Shown: piece by piece, positions 25,101-39,257 of the stretch | Layout: each line of letters begins with the position of its first letter | How positions within the stretch are numbered: the stretch's first letter is position 1 | Source of the DNA: Catajapyx aquilonaris | Taxonomy: Eukaryota | Assembly (NCBI GenBank): GCA_000934665.2 | Contig: KZ537989.1 | Span: 1 to 64,000 of the forward strand | Length of the DNA stretch: 64,000 bases | Direction: 5' to 3' | Translations under genes and position numbers: made by a program | The notes under the pieces: model-generated | The model's input: only the letters and a program-made list of their open reading frames with translations | The model's database searches: none | What the model was told of the DNA's origin: nothing

Positions 25101-28100
25101 AAAGGATTGTCCCCGACCAAGGACGTTCCCACGGAGGTCAAAGGGCAGAGTTAAAGGTTATCTAGCCTTATCAATAAACGCTCCGACAACCAGTGGAATT
25201 TTAATTGACACACGCATGGTGTTGGAATCAGTGTGACATTGAATTGTGTCAGATAAATCGAGCGTCCCAGACACGTGCCGTTAGATTCACATTGTTACTA
25301 TGAGGAAAATGGAATTTCCAGAAATATTTAAATTATCCGTGGAAAATGTTGTACAGCAGACAATGCACGTTACTATTTTTGTTTCTTATTGGAACTAACC
25401 TTTCGCAAATGGCCTTCAGGATCCAACGCTCTGACCGAGAGATTCCCACACGGCCCATTTTTCTGGACTAATTACATGTTTTTAACGAATTATTCTATGG
25501 TGAAATATGAGCAGGTGGGAAAATAATGTGTAGCTGTATTTTTTATATAGTGGAGAAAACTTGATTCTGAATGATCGTATCCAATATGGCACAGGGATAC
25601 ACGACTAAAAAAATGTGTGTCGCGTGTGTAATTTTGCGAGTGACCCGCGTGTTACACTTTACAATATAAACCCTTTCACTACCCGTGAAGGTTATCTGGC
25701 CAGTCGAAGTCATTGCGAAAATGAAGAACACTTAATGGAAACCCCTTATCCATCAACTCGTGCTGGAATTTCTAAAGTTGTTACTAGGCTTAGATGACTA
25801 ATAGAGGTAGAGGTCAAAATTTCCTACGTGAGAAAAGATGTGAACATAGCCACTATTTTCTGCTAATTTTGCGCAGCATTTTCTGGGCTCGGCATTGACT
25901 TAGTATAGTATTGTTTAGCGTAATTTTTCATAGTAAATATAACTTGATATTGCAACGTAGGTACCGAAAATAGTGAGGGTCATATCAATGAAATTCACGT
26001 TTGACCAGTGAATTTGCATAACGCCACCTATTTTAACTATTTAAAATATTGCTGATATAACCAGTTTGAAACAGCAAGTAGTACAGAGATCGCGAACCAT
26101 AAGGTCAGGTCGTGTAATCCCCTCGAAGCAGAAACTCTGGTTGACGTAATAACACCCTGATTTATTATCAGTTGTGTCATATTAAAGCCTTTTCGTAGAC
26201 ATCCATAAGAGGCTCGACCATCTCTTCAGCATCTGTTCTGCACGTGAATGGGACGAAGGAACAGACACTGCCGCACCCTCCTATCTATTCTAATCTAACC
26301 AGATATTCAAGTCTGGGCCGGTACAGTGGGTCACATAAAAGGAGGGGGGTCATCGTGGAAGCGGCATTTCCGCTGCTGCCGGAAGTGCACCTGCATAAAA
26401 ATAAATCTACTTACATGAAATATTTGGGGATAAACAAGTGGTGGAGGTAAACAACATGAAAAGGTGGCAGGAGAAAGTGGGCAAATTAGTAGAAGGGATA
26501 CCTAATTTACCTAATATGCAAATGTCAAGGATATCTTGCGTGGTTATGGTTTCTGTGTGTGTCGAAATCTGGTATAATGAGAGTAACACTGGCCGACTAT
26601 GTGCTGCTGGAAAGTGTGGTATTTGAAGCGCGGAGAATCCAGTTTGGATGTGAAATGAAAGTACTAATAATATATTATCACACGCCGCATAGTTTCGGGC
26701 TAAAAATAATATACAATGCTTGTGGGCAGGAACTGAAACAGGTGTAGTTTTAGATTATCTTCAAGTTTAATCGGAATATGTGATAGTGCTATACACGTTT
26801 TTCCCCTAATGACTTTTCTGAGGCGTAATTTCATGGTGTTTGATCATCACCTTAGAGGGCACTTAATATAATTTATTTCAGTGACAGGTGCATTTAGGCC
26901 AGATTATACCCTGAGGTCCAGTACGCCCTAAAACTGAGTCATGAGTATAAGAGTTGCTGTAAATGCGTAGAAAATCAAGATACCTTCAGTCGCATACGAA
27001 GCAAGTGATACATGCACATGCGACAAAAAAAATATCAGATGTTTGCGAATGAAGCGCAATTATGCTGCACATGAAGTCAATTGCAACAGCCTTGGATGAG
27101 TGGAAAACACATCTCCTTACCGCCATTGGCAACACTTGCATGGTCATGCCAACATCCGTTGATCCACTTCTCGTACCTGCTGCCTCACTTGGCCTTACCT
27201 GTTATTACCATCAGCATATTATTTTCTACTTAAATATTTAAATTTTAAAAATAAAGGATCGTTGTAACCTATACTGGGAAGCATGTACACATTATTATTG
27301 TAGTGTTATGCAAAATGTTATTCAATTGCACATGGTATAGCACATCGAACCTCCCGGAAGTGCCCACGTATTCATGTAATGCCAAGTGAATCATGTCCCC
27401 TTTAAATTCATTCAAAAAGGTAGTTACATGGAATTCAAAGGATGGACGCGGAGTGGCGTGATATTTAACCTTAGAGGGACAGAGATAGGAAATTGGCAGT
27501 TAAGCACACCCTTGGTGAGTTCAATTGAAAGATGAGTGCACTGCCAGCAGCTTCAACAGAGTTAGGGTCACATCATTAACACGCCACTCAAAATAATTTT
27601 TTGGGATCACGTGATGTGGAAGAGTCACCTTCACTTTTTAAATATTTCCCAATCCGTGGTGGATTTGGATCCAATCATCAAGTGTCAAACACGGCTTTTT
27701 CACGTGGGCACCTCATATTATCTATGTGTTAATCTGGGTGTCAATATGAGTGGTGTGGAGATAATTCGCTTGTTGGGTACAATCTGTTCAGGTGATTGAT
27801 TATCATCTTGCACAAATCAGGAGAAATGCAGTGTCAGAGGTCATAGCGGCATACAGTTATTTTAGTGCAGTTGTACTTTTTTTTTTTTAACAAATGGTAC
27901 TGACCTGCTAGTTGTGTTGTATCGTTTTTATTAACGTGCATCAATATCATATTGTGTTGAGTAACTCGCAAATTGATTATTCGCATTCCGTCACATTCAA
28001 CTGTAATTGCATAATATTCGACCTTAGGGAGGCCTAGATTTTAAAGTTTATCAGTTAGCAAAACATTTCTTATGCAAGGGTATAAACCAAATGTGGCGTA

Positions 28101-31100
28101 TCATTCCTTTTTTTTTTCAAGCCTATTTGTGCAAGTGCAGACGTCACAATGAAAAAACACAGCTCTTGTGGAATAGTACTCGCGTGAGATGATGGGCGTA
28201 TATGGAGAAGACTAGATAGTTCTTACCAAGATCTGGTCATTTTTCTCAACTAATTTGGCATAACTTCAACTTATATAGTATTTACCTTTTGACGTCATTG
28301 TTTCATACCATTTAATGAACCAAACAGCAATCTACAACATACTGGAAGCATTTTGAGCCGTGACAAACTATACGTGACTAGGAGTAATTTAAATCTAATA
28401 GCACCGACATGACACTACATGAGTCGCCTAATTTCAAGGATGCGACCGAAGGTTGCCATTGATGAAGTTATTAAAAAACGAAGGTTCGCGTGTATGTTGT
28501 GTGCCGTTCATAAGAAAACTAAGTGGCCATGTGTTTGTCATAAGACTCATGACATTTCGACTTTGTGAGAAGGAAGATGGCAAAAATGATGCGCAGATAG
28601 ACATATTTTCCGTTTTTTTATTTTTTTATTTTTGTTGTTGCGTGGAGACATGCCCCTGGCCTCCTTCCTGCTGTATTTTTCTTACCCAACAGGTCTTCCT
28701 TTCACTCTGGCGCAATGGCCCCTGAGAACAACTCTATGTCAAGTCGACATGGTTAGAAGAAGGAGAAAAAGAAATGGGTTGAGATGTTCGCACGATATAA
28801 TTTTCCATACGTTCCTGTGGTTCCATTCTCAAATGCTTCATAAGTGGATATGCTAATTTTGGCCTTGAAGTGATCTAACCGGCAGCACATAGAAGCTTTG
28901 GCAGACGTTCCATACATCATGGCACGCGATCTAGGCTTGTTAGAAGAAATAGGAAAGTTCTCCGGTGAACCGTCTGGAAAGGAAAAGCTCAGCTGGGTTT
29001 TGTCGCCCTTGACCGTACGGAGGACAAGGTCTTCTTTGGAAAATTCACATCAATATTGCGATGATGGAAAAGAAAAAAAAACGGTACTGTTACGATATCG
29101 CATGTTACGCATACCCCTATTGTTTTCATATACGTGTTCGTATATGTATGGCTTGAAAGCGACCTTGGATGAGACTGAAATTGCAGGTGATCAGTCACCT
29201 GCTGGAGGTTAAATCTGTGTGTAACTCCTAAAAAAGTGAAGTACCATTTGAGTCAAGTACAGTTCCTTGACCTGCAGAGTGGACAGTAGTAAAAGCCTCT
29301 ATGTGTTGGAAGAAGGTTTCGTTTCTGTCAGCCTTGAGTTTTGGCCAGGGATACTGTGTGGGCTTCAAGTTCATTCATCTCGTCATTTCTTCCTTGAAAC
29401 CTAATATCACTCTATAGGCTGCAGGATATATTACGTTGGTGTTGTTGCAAAAAAAAATATATATTCGCGTCACAACCGTGAGTACCGACCTTCACCGATT
29501 AGGTAAACATAAGAATTTTTTTTCTTTGTTTCTAAACAAGCACCGGTACTTGCATCCTAGGAAATTCGCGCGTGATAAAGGGTGAAGAAATATGGCGGCC
29601 TTGGAAGTTTGGGCTACTGAAATTGAGAGAGGGTGCAACGAGGACCTGCCCACAACGACACCATTTGGGTTCAACTTTGTATAAAACGCGAAGTCACAGC
29701 GTGACATAACATCGTAACCCTCTAAAAAATTTAAATATAAAAATGCAAAACCGGCAACCGGGTGAGCGAGAAGTCCATGGGTTGCCTGCCAGCCAGGATA
29801 AAGTCTGAAACTGATCAGGGAGATTTCTTATTAACCAGATAGGGTTTTGTAACATACAGTATACCCGGATATTCATACATTCTTTTATCTTGTTCAGTTC
29901 TCTTCCTTGTCAAGGTGTTCACTGGCACGTGACTTAATATTGAAATAATTACTGTATTGCCAAGTGCGACGTACCACCTTTTTTTTTTTGAAAAGGCAGT
30001 ACAATATTATGCATGAGTTATTATTACGTTGCTTGATTCCGAGATTATAGAGATTTTTGTGTAGTCAGCGGATCTGCGAAGCGTAGGTTAAGAAATTCTT
30101 GCATATGACATGGAGAAGTTGAATAGTGTAACTGAAAAAATAATAATTTAAAATACAAGAACGATAACTTGATATGTAACTTATTAGATTTCCAGATAAG
30201 ATCTGGTGATAATATGCACTTTCCGGTTAAAAGTGAGCGTAACAATTATTTTGGAACTGTACATTGCTTTAAATTTAAAGTGATTGCGACGATTTTGCGT
30301 TGAAGATAAATTCAATACTGACTCAATCTTTTTGAGCTAGTGTACAGTAATACTGGAAGAATTTCACGAAAAAATAAATAAAAATGAAACCTTGAGTCCG
30401 AATGCATGTTTCCCTGTACCACGTGAGAATTTAGTGGGATAATTTAAATACTTAAAATGGTGTAGGCATGCCTGTGAGATGTAGTTTAGGCAGTTAAGGC
30501 ACTCAAAGAAATCTGAATATTTGGTTGCCAAAATTGCGGCTTGCGACAATTTTTATTCTTAGCTGGACACACTCGACCAGTGAAATGACGATGGTGCTTT
30601 GTGCAGTGCTCGTAATGAGATATGGAAGTGCATTTATAATTCTTCTGCCATTAACTCTGAATTCCCACAAATGAAATGAAACGCAGTAAGAATTGCGAAA
30701 TGGCTCCTGCCCCCCCCCCNCCATTTGCACAAATCTCGTGGAAAAAAAAATCTGACGCTGCCAGTGGATGCGCCATAGATCTACCTCAACATACGTCATA
30801 CAATATTCTAATACCATGACCAGACATAAGCCTATACATGCAGACCGTTAGATATGGTGACATGCTGGGCATGATCTATGAGTGTTATGTTGGTTTTGTA
30901 TGCGTTATGCTTCCTTTTTTTAAAACATCAAAAAATATTATGCAGATTAGACGCGTAAAAGTTAATCAGCATATAGTCTACATCAATACGGTGATCATAT
31001 CACTGTATAGTCGTGATACCAATTTCCAAGCCATACTACTCTATTTGTAATAATGACTTGTTGCATATGAATTATTACGTTAAAGCCCGAAGCATCACTG

Positions 31101-34100
31101 TAATTAACTAATATCCTCTACTGTAACTGATAAGTTCGACCAGGCTACAGAATTGTGTGAAATACACGTCTAATATCCTTAAGGAAAATATGGAAAGATA
31201 AGTAAAGGCATGTCATACGGGACCCTTAGCGGATGTAACGGATACATTCGCATAATATATTATTAATTTGCATGTTCACCCTGAGGGTTCTTACTTTTTT
31301 TATATATATTATGGTATAATTATTTTAGCAGAGAGGAGCAAATGGCAGAATGGGACGGAAAGTATGTGAAAGTTGGATTCCACCTATCTCCTACTTTTTA
31401 GCCCCACTCTTTTCTTCTCTCTCTGGCCCTGTTTGAGCGGTGTCCTCTTTTCGCTCTGGTGGTAAAGACCCCGTTTCTCTGCTACCTACACCACTTTTTA
31501 TCTGCATTGTCCACAACCCGTCTAAGAGCACCGCAGCTTGAGGTCACTCTCAAGTCGATTCAATACAACAACGGATGTCGAGGAAAACACTGGCGAGAGT
31601 AGTGTGAATTTGCTTGGAATCAGACAAAAAAAAGTACCAACCTTATTTTAAGAATTTGTTTCCAGGATGATACAGCAATGAGACTTAGCATTAGGTGAAG
31701 CTTGGTTTTTCCAGGCCATAATTATGTGTTTCATTAATTATAATATTTCCTGTGTACACGATCTGACAGTATCAAGCGTTCCCGAGCGTTTTGACTGTTG
31801 TTGGTAGTAATTAAGCTATGGGGTATTAATGCACAGAGCCAACTTAACAATTGCTGTTATTTACCAGACAATATGCTACAATGTACAGGCCTGCACCTGA
31901 TGAAGATCACATCTCGTGTGACTTTGAGCGAGGGCACATGACGGAATTGGTCAGGGAGCACAGCATTCTACAATAGTAATGTGAATGTAATTAACAGATG
32001 CATTCGTGATTCACATGTCATTAGCATTATGCAAAGGCCACAATGTGCAATAATTATGTGAAGATAAGGCTATATTTTATTTTTAGAGTAAATTGCAATG
32101 TTATTGCAATTTGAGGTTATGCTTTTAGTTTTATGGCCCGGTACGATTTTGACTTACGATTTTTTATTTTTTTTTAAAAAAAAGGAAGTAGGCTGATTAA
32201 AAACAGATACTGTTTCTGCGGAATATCCTGTCTGATTTAACGTTGAAATTGTTATTAATCTAGGTCGCACTCTTTGCACCATGATTTACCACCATCAAAT
32301 TGAGTTATTTAGGTGAGCAGGCTATTGACATCTGGATTTACCTGATATGGACTCTGAAGGTCGTTGGCGTTTCCCAACAATCTCCTACTTTACAAAGGAT
32401 TGTCGTAGGTTAAAATCCTACTGCACTTGGCCTAATCGGAGATATTGCCGGAACGCTACTGGCTGCCATTTACTGTGGACTACTTTCACACAAGTTTCTA
32501 ATTACTAATATGCACACACCTAAGCATAAATATGTCCTGAAAGGCCAAAGACACCGCCTTATTGTTGAAGAAAATGTGCACATTACCACGCTTTTACCTG
32601 ATCGTGACTTATACATTTTACACTTCATATGTAAACATTACATCAGGTTGCAACCCAATAAAACCGATTCTATCCATCAGAAGAATCCCCTTTCCCTAAA
32701 CTCGAATTTTGCTGAGACATTCCTTCTCTAAGGTCGTTCAGTGCACCTGCATTTACAATAAGAAGGGTTTCGAAAGTTTCCCCTTCCACTCTCTCGAACT
32801 GGCTGACCGCTTTCACAAAACCAGGTACGGTACTCTTCCCAAACCCTTCGGCCAATGGATTACCTCTCCACTCGTCCTTATCCGTTCCTTACAACCCTAT
32901 ACTAATATTCGTGTGTTGTCTTGATGAGGCGTCATTCCGTCTGACTTGAGAACATGGGTATTCCCTTGTCAAAAAGAATAAATGCTGCCAAACTATCCGA
33001 ATTTGGGTTGCGCTGAAGGTGAATGGCCAGAAAAGTGCTCTGGAAGTGACCCAAGGTGGGCAATTTAGGGAGTTGTTGTCATCTGTGGATTCCATGTAAG
33101 AGTGCCTAAGTTTAGAGGCGGAGGTGTATTGTCAACATAGCAACCTTTTTTTGTGTGTGTTTTGTTTACGTATAGCACGTGAGAAGACCATGCTTTTCTA
33201 GCCTATCAGCGTGGGGACTGTTGCCTGTTGTTATAATGATTCCCTGAGCTCTAAGTTTGCTCAGGTTATTTTAGGCTTGGAGATGGAACATTTTCAGACT
33301 AGATAATTTTTTTTTGAGGAAAACTCGGAATAACATGGTCTATTTATAATGAATCAATCTTGTACTGCGTGGTGTGCACAAGGCAAAGCTGTATTAGGAA
33401 GCTTGCAGAATATAATCATGAGTGATGTACCTGAAGCTAATTACAGTGCCATTAACCGCGCTGAAAGAACTGCTGTGTAATCAAACATGTCAAAATAACC
33501 TCATGTACAATGCTGCTTATAGCAAGTCCTACAGCAACAGTCATCTCTAACAAAGTGCATGATGTTGAGTGAATGAATCAGTGAAATTACCTTTCAAAGT
33601 CGAAAGGTATTCGACCTGGAAGTGGTGACAATAGATTTGACGCTTGCTGATTACCAATGTAGAAAATTTATTCCCCACTGACGTCATCCTTTATGGTAAA
33701 GTCAATATGAACGTAGAGCCATTGTTTGATAGAAATGCGGAGTCATTCAATTATTGTCCAAAATCAAAGTCACTCTGCGTCAAATTCAGATCTGAACCTT
33801 CCTTCTCGTTATCTTACAACACTAGCCGGAGAGGAACTTCCCGACATATACCCAGAAGGCCATATTCATCTTGTGAGACCATTATTACCATTTAAGGCCT
33901 CTTAGAGCTAACTCAGAATTTCTTTTCCTCCTCATTACAAGTAAAGCTGTGGGTTAAACTGTCACACTTGTCATGTCCAGTCGTTTGTGGGCCAGACAGT
34001 AATGTTTCATATACCATTGAGAGAGAAAAAAATGTGCTCTTTCACACTCTCAGCACGTGGTTTTGATTCTTCTGCACATTGGCTATATTACCAGGGGTCA

Positions 34101-37100
34101 CTATATGTTGGTCTCATATTGTTTCAATTACTGTGCCAATTAGCCTATAGTTCCAAATGGTGCTGAGATTATGTAAGATGGTGGGAAGTTGAGGATTACT
34201 ATGGCGTGATAGTTGGAGCAATAGCATCTCCTCTCACTTATTAAAGACGGGAAATCCTCCGACTCTGCTTGTTACGCAGTTCTGGAAGTAATAATTAGTA
34301 TGGGTGACCCCTCTGCAAAAAAGGCCAGGAGCCATGCTTCCTTGCACATTTATTTATACGTTAATTTTAACATCGCTGTTTCTTTGTGTGCAGCGATTTC
34401 CATTTGAAATGTCTGTTTTTTATTGTCAAATATTTTTTACTCCTTTGGTGATGCTGATCACGTTCGGGTAAGCGTCCTTGGTAGAGCTCGACTGCTGGGG
34501 ATATTGTTTGTACACCTTGGACTCTAGCCTACATACAAGCTTTTCTCAATATTAGTTTTGCATTCGGGGGGCTTTCACGTACGGGACACGCAATGCGATT
34601 TTCAATTTTCGTCACTTAATGGTGCTGCACCCACTCAGCTGTTTCCTGACACTGGCCTCAGCCCAAAGACACTCCTTGCTGCTGATTCTCCTTGGCAACA
34701 AAGCAACCCTATTTATATACCTTTGCAAGAAGCTTGTGTACCACACCTTGGAAAGGAACCTTCAATTAGCCAAATATACTCAATAGATAGATTCCCACTT
34801 TTCAAACACTCCCTTTTCTCTTTGACGTGCCCACAACAAAGATCCTAAATACATATTCGATAGGCGTGATATAAGAAAAAGGAAGCTGAGGAAGGTGAGA
34901 GTGAAGAGAAAGCTGTCTTTTAGGGCCCATAACCCCCTCACTTTCTCCGCCGATCAGGGAGCCTTTGGCGACGTCCAAAAGATGATGTTGCATAGATTGC
35001 CAGTTTCATCAACATGGGTCTGACGAAATCGTAAAGCGCGGACAGTCAATGTCGCGTCATGGCTTGTGAAACTGCGTGAATCAGTATCACGTTACTTGGG
35101 GGGTGTGACCCTTTTGGTCATCTTGTGACATGTGGTGCCTGGAGTTTGTAATTGCACGATTTTATAATCGAGAGAATAAGTGTCATAAGGGAGGGCAAAA
35201 ACCCCCTTGAAAGCGGTCTATTGAGGCCAAGGATATGGCAGACAGCCTGGGTTATATTGAGTTATAGGGAGGGCCGCCCAATAATCGTAACAATTGACCT
35301 GCCACCTATAGGGGACCAGAACTTTCTGGAAGACTATAGGAACACGATGGGTAAACACGATGCAGGAACGTGATATTTTCATTATATGATGTGTTGTTGC
35401 CATCGTAAATTGTTGAAACGCAGCTAATTAATTCCGCCAACTTATCAGATGTTATGACGTCAAAGCACTGACAAACGCGGAATATGTTGAGAAGGTCAGG
35501 AACATGCTTGCCCTTGTTGATGTATATGCGGGCCTATACAAAGGCTGATAAGCATTCAAGCGCTTCCGCGAAGGGTTCGATAGGTTCGAAATTTTCTTTT
35601 TCTTTTTCAAAATGTCATGGTTCTTCCCATTTATCTATTTAGCAATAGACGATATTGCAAATACTATGAAAGCAATATAAGATAGGACCTGTAAGATATT
35701 CAGAGAATGCTGCTCTGGCAATGAGACATACAGTAGTTTAGGTTGTATAAATTGGTAACTTTCTATCACCGTCTCGTTCTGCTTAGTGAAGTTTATTGCA
35801 CCACCTATACCTATGCACATGTGTAGCGCGTTACGTAATCATCATGACGGGCAAGTATACTCGTACGTTTATGCAAGGCAACGACGGGAAATTTTTGTCT
35901 GTTATACATTCGGTTTCGAGGTTCTTCCTAGATACCTCATGAATAATTATGGAAATGTTGTACGTAGACTTAACATCTAGGTTCTAGGTAATCTATAGGG
36001 GAATCCAAGATCAGGCACGATTATTACAAAATTCCCCACTTCCACGTTGGAAAAACCTGACTCCATCACTGCGTCTTTGACTAACCAAATGTGGGGTTTT
36101 GCCCCATCAGCCTTGTATTACACTCCTGAACATAACAGACCTGACCAGCCTCAATCCGGCATATCCAGTATGTAATTGAAAAAAAGGCCTTAGATTTTAG
36201 AATAATACAAGCCCGTTTCCTGCTGTCCTCTGGTATCCTCCCTATCGACAAGGACAAGTTCCTGTAGTAATATCTTCTTTTTTGGGGGGGTAGGCGTAAG
36301 GACCTTGTGTTTATCTTTCTACTAATCAAATGACTGAAGGTGTTAGCCATAATTTCTCTCAAAATATCCGCAGAATCAACAATGAATTTCATGGTGCACT
36401 TACGACAGACTCTTTTTCGGAAGGTTGTCTGCATATAAATAAAGTCATCACTCGAGGAAATTAACACCAGGAAAAATATGCTTACTCTAAAATTTGCTAT
36501 TTCTACATTACTGCTTTATTGGCCAACCCTGACTGTCATTCATGCCACTGCCAGAACTAGAGGTGACACGTCGTATGGGGTGGTGTGAGCAGATGTACAG
36601 TACCGGGCAGACGTCACTGCACCCCCCCCCCCCCCCCCCCCNNNNNNNNNCCCCCCCCCCCCCCCCCCAGCATGATTCAGGCCGGGTATAAAATCAATGG
36701 TGTGCCGGCGGAAGCGGGTTTCTTTTGTGGGGGTAGACTCACGTGGTAGAAGCCCCAACCAATCCCGAGCCCGGACTGGATCACCCCACCTCTACACGGC
36801 TCTCAGTCATTGGCCGAATACTATAACTGCAAACCGTTTTGCCTAAAAACGGGTTTTAGCACTGCAGAAAATATGATGGGATAGATTCATTCAGGCCTTT
36901 GACCGAGGTCACTGGTTATGTGACAATTGCGTAATGACTAAAAATATGGGGGGGCCACGTGACTGAATTCCAAAGTGGGTTCAACCCCGACACCTGCAGA
37001 AGTGTGCTACTTTTGCATAGAAGTTGGCAACCAGAGTTATCTGGGGCATGCGAGCCTTTCGGAAGACTTGCCCCCAAATCGCATAATCTTCCTTACCAAG

Positions 37101-38317
37101 AAGGGCATACTTTTAAGATTAAGCCAGGTGTGCGCTACTAATTGGGAGATAAAAAATTTTTGTGTGTAAAATTGTGAAAGTAAATATTTTTTTGTATGGT
37201 GTAATTAATGTGTAGGTGTCTAAATAAATTCGTGCAGCAATTGCCACGCATGAGGAGGAAATTGGCGGCATTCATTTCCGTCTCTCCTGGCCACTTTCTA
37301 GTGGAAGTGAAATCGGTAGTAAGTTCGTATAGAGACACGTGCTATGCATCGAGATTTTTGCAGTACGGTTGACTAGTAGTTTTTAGTTATTTCTGCAGAA
37401 AAAAAAATTACGGCTGGTATCTGTTGCATTACTGCCGGGATATCTAATCTACACAGGAACTTGAGTGACGCAAGTGAAAACCGCGAATATTATTGCAGTA
37501 GGATGAGATATCAACGTTTCTGTGAAGCATTCCAATGGAGAGTAGGAGGAAAAAGAGGTCAGGGCTTGGGGATAGGGACACCTGAAGGAACTATATAAAA
37601 AAAAAGTTGTTTCTGATACAGCTTGTGAGAGAAAACGAGACTTGAAAATCAATCGGACCTACTTGTATAGAGAAAGATGACAATTCTCATTACTCCCAGT
37701 TGCGTTAGTCAAGGTTACTCAAGTGCACTTTCATTGCAATAGTTGTGCAAGGAATTCCTCTAACTCCAAACAGCCACTGTAACTGTAAAATAATGCCGAG
37801 AAATTTTGCAGCTCTTTGCAATTAAATTTTTCGCAGTTCTCGTGTACCAACCAGACTTCCTGGTTTTTGCAAAACCTTCATCTGAGAAAGTATACAAAAT
37901 ATAATGGACGCCTTCAATTATTCACGTTAGCTCTATGCAATGCCTGTCTATCATCCTGTCTTTTTCGTTGACACTTGCGTTCTTTGTAATTCACATCCGA
38001 GTGGATTTCAGCATTTGTTTTGTCTATTGTGACCCCTTTCATGTGTAGTGTGTTATAGTGCTTGTCTTCCCCAACACATGCAAGGAAAAGTACAACTAGA
38101 TACATCCGTCCCCTTGGGCATTTGTAAACCGTTGAGTTTGCCATTGTTGCTGCTGCTTTTTCAACTGATTGCAACCTCTGGTAATTAAGGTGGTGTGGAA
38201 AAAAAAGTGCCCTAGACCAAGGCCCAAAACGCACAGTGACGTTTCATCAACAAGAGCAGACTGCTACATAGTAGTTTGTGGGGTGAAGAAGGTCTCGAAA
38301 TCATCAAGTACAAAAAA

Positions 38318-38323
38318 TTTATT
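38318..38323 (-). terminator. Poly(A) signal candidate for the Spot14/MID1IP1-like gene
   Basis: AATAAA on the minus strand ~935 nt after the stop, following a U-rich 3'UTR-like stretch. Confidence 0.55.
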
Positions 38324-39257
38324 GCACAAATATATTCTCACCAAGTAGTTGTAAGAAATGCCAGAATGTTGCAAATCGTACATAAGGTTGTATTTTTTTG
38401 ACACCAGAAATATGCTACATGGAAATGCATACATCTAGTTTTCCTCCAAAACGCTATAGTAGCTTCATTGTCTACATCATTGACTGTAAGTCATAGAAAC
38501 ATGATGCAAAGGAAACCAGGTAGTTTGGCTCTGAGCCTATGACCCCATGATTTGAAGCTCCAGAGAGAAAAAAATAATAATAATATAGACAAAAAAATGC
38601 ACCTCGACTCTTCGCCCCAACAAATTATAATCGTTATAAATCAGTATAACATTAAAATGGAGGATTTTTTTAAAGTGCAAGCTCTCTGTGTTTGGCATAG
38701 AAGCCCTGAGAATTAACTACATTGAAGTAGCAGAAAGAGAGAATAAGTAATAAAATATAACCATGTACAACAGAAAGAATAAATAGTTGCAAAGTTCTCT
38801 CCAGGAGAAAAAAGTGCAAATGTCCATCACATGAGCATCCTGGCCACAGTCGTCCCCATATAACGAGCGATAGAGAGGAAGAGTCAAGAAGAGAGAAGCT
38901 GAGGAGGGGGGGCTCCAGAGGGGAATTAAGACGGCACACGATGGATCATCACAGTTCTTTTCGAGTAGAGTGCATATACAGTACAGTGTAACAAAACGGG
39001 TCGGGCAGGCAGGCAGGCAGGGGGGTGTGAGAGGGGGGGGGGGGNGGGTCTTCAAACGAGGAATTTTAAAGGGATGGGTGGGAAAGGACCATAAAAAATT
39101 TAACAAGCCATACCAGGTCCATGTCCGAAACAACAGGTCCGGCGTGTCCGCCCCTGCATCGCGCACCAAAGCCACACCACTTGGTCAATTACACCCCCCT
39201 CTCTTTCGCCCCCGAGTGTCATTATGAGTGTCCTTGCCCGTCCACTGTCTCCGGGCT

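Noticed and set aside
32670..32855. 61-aa ORF with GFGKST (P-loop or Harbinger HTH-like)
   Set aside because: Too short, bounded by stops, with no supporting motifs or splice context.
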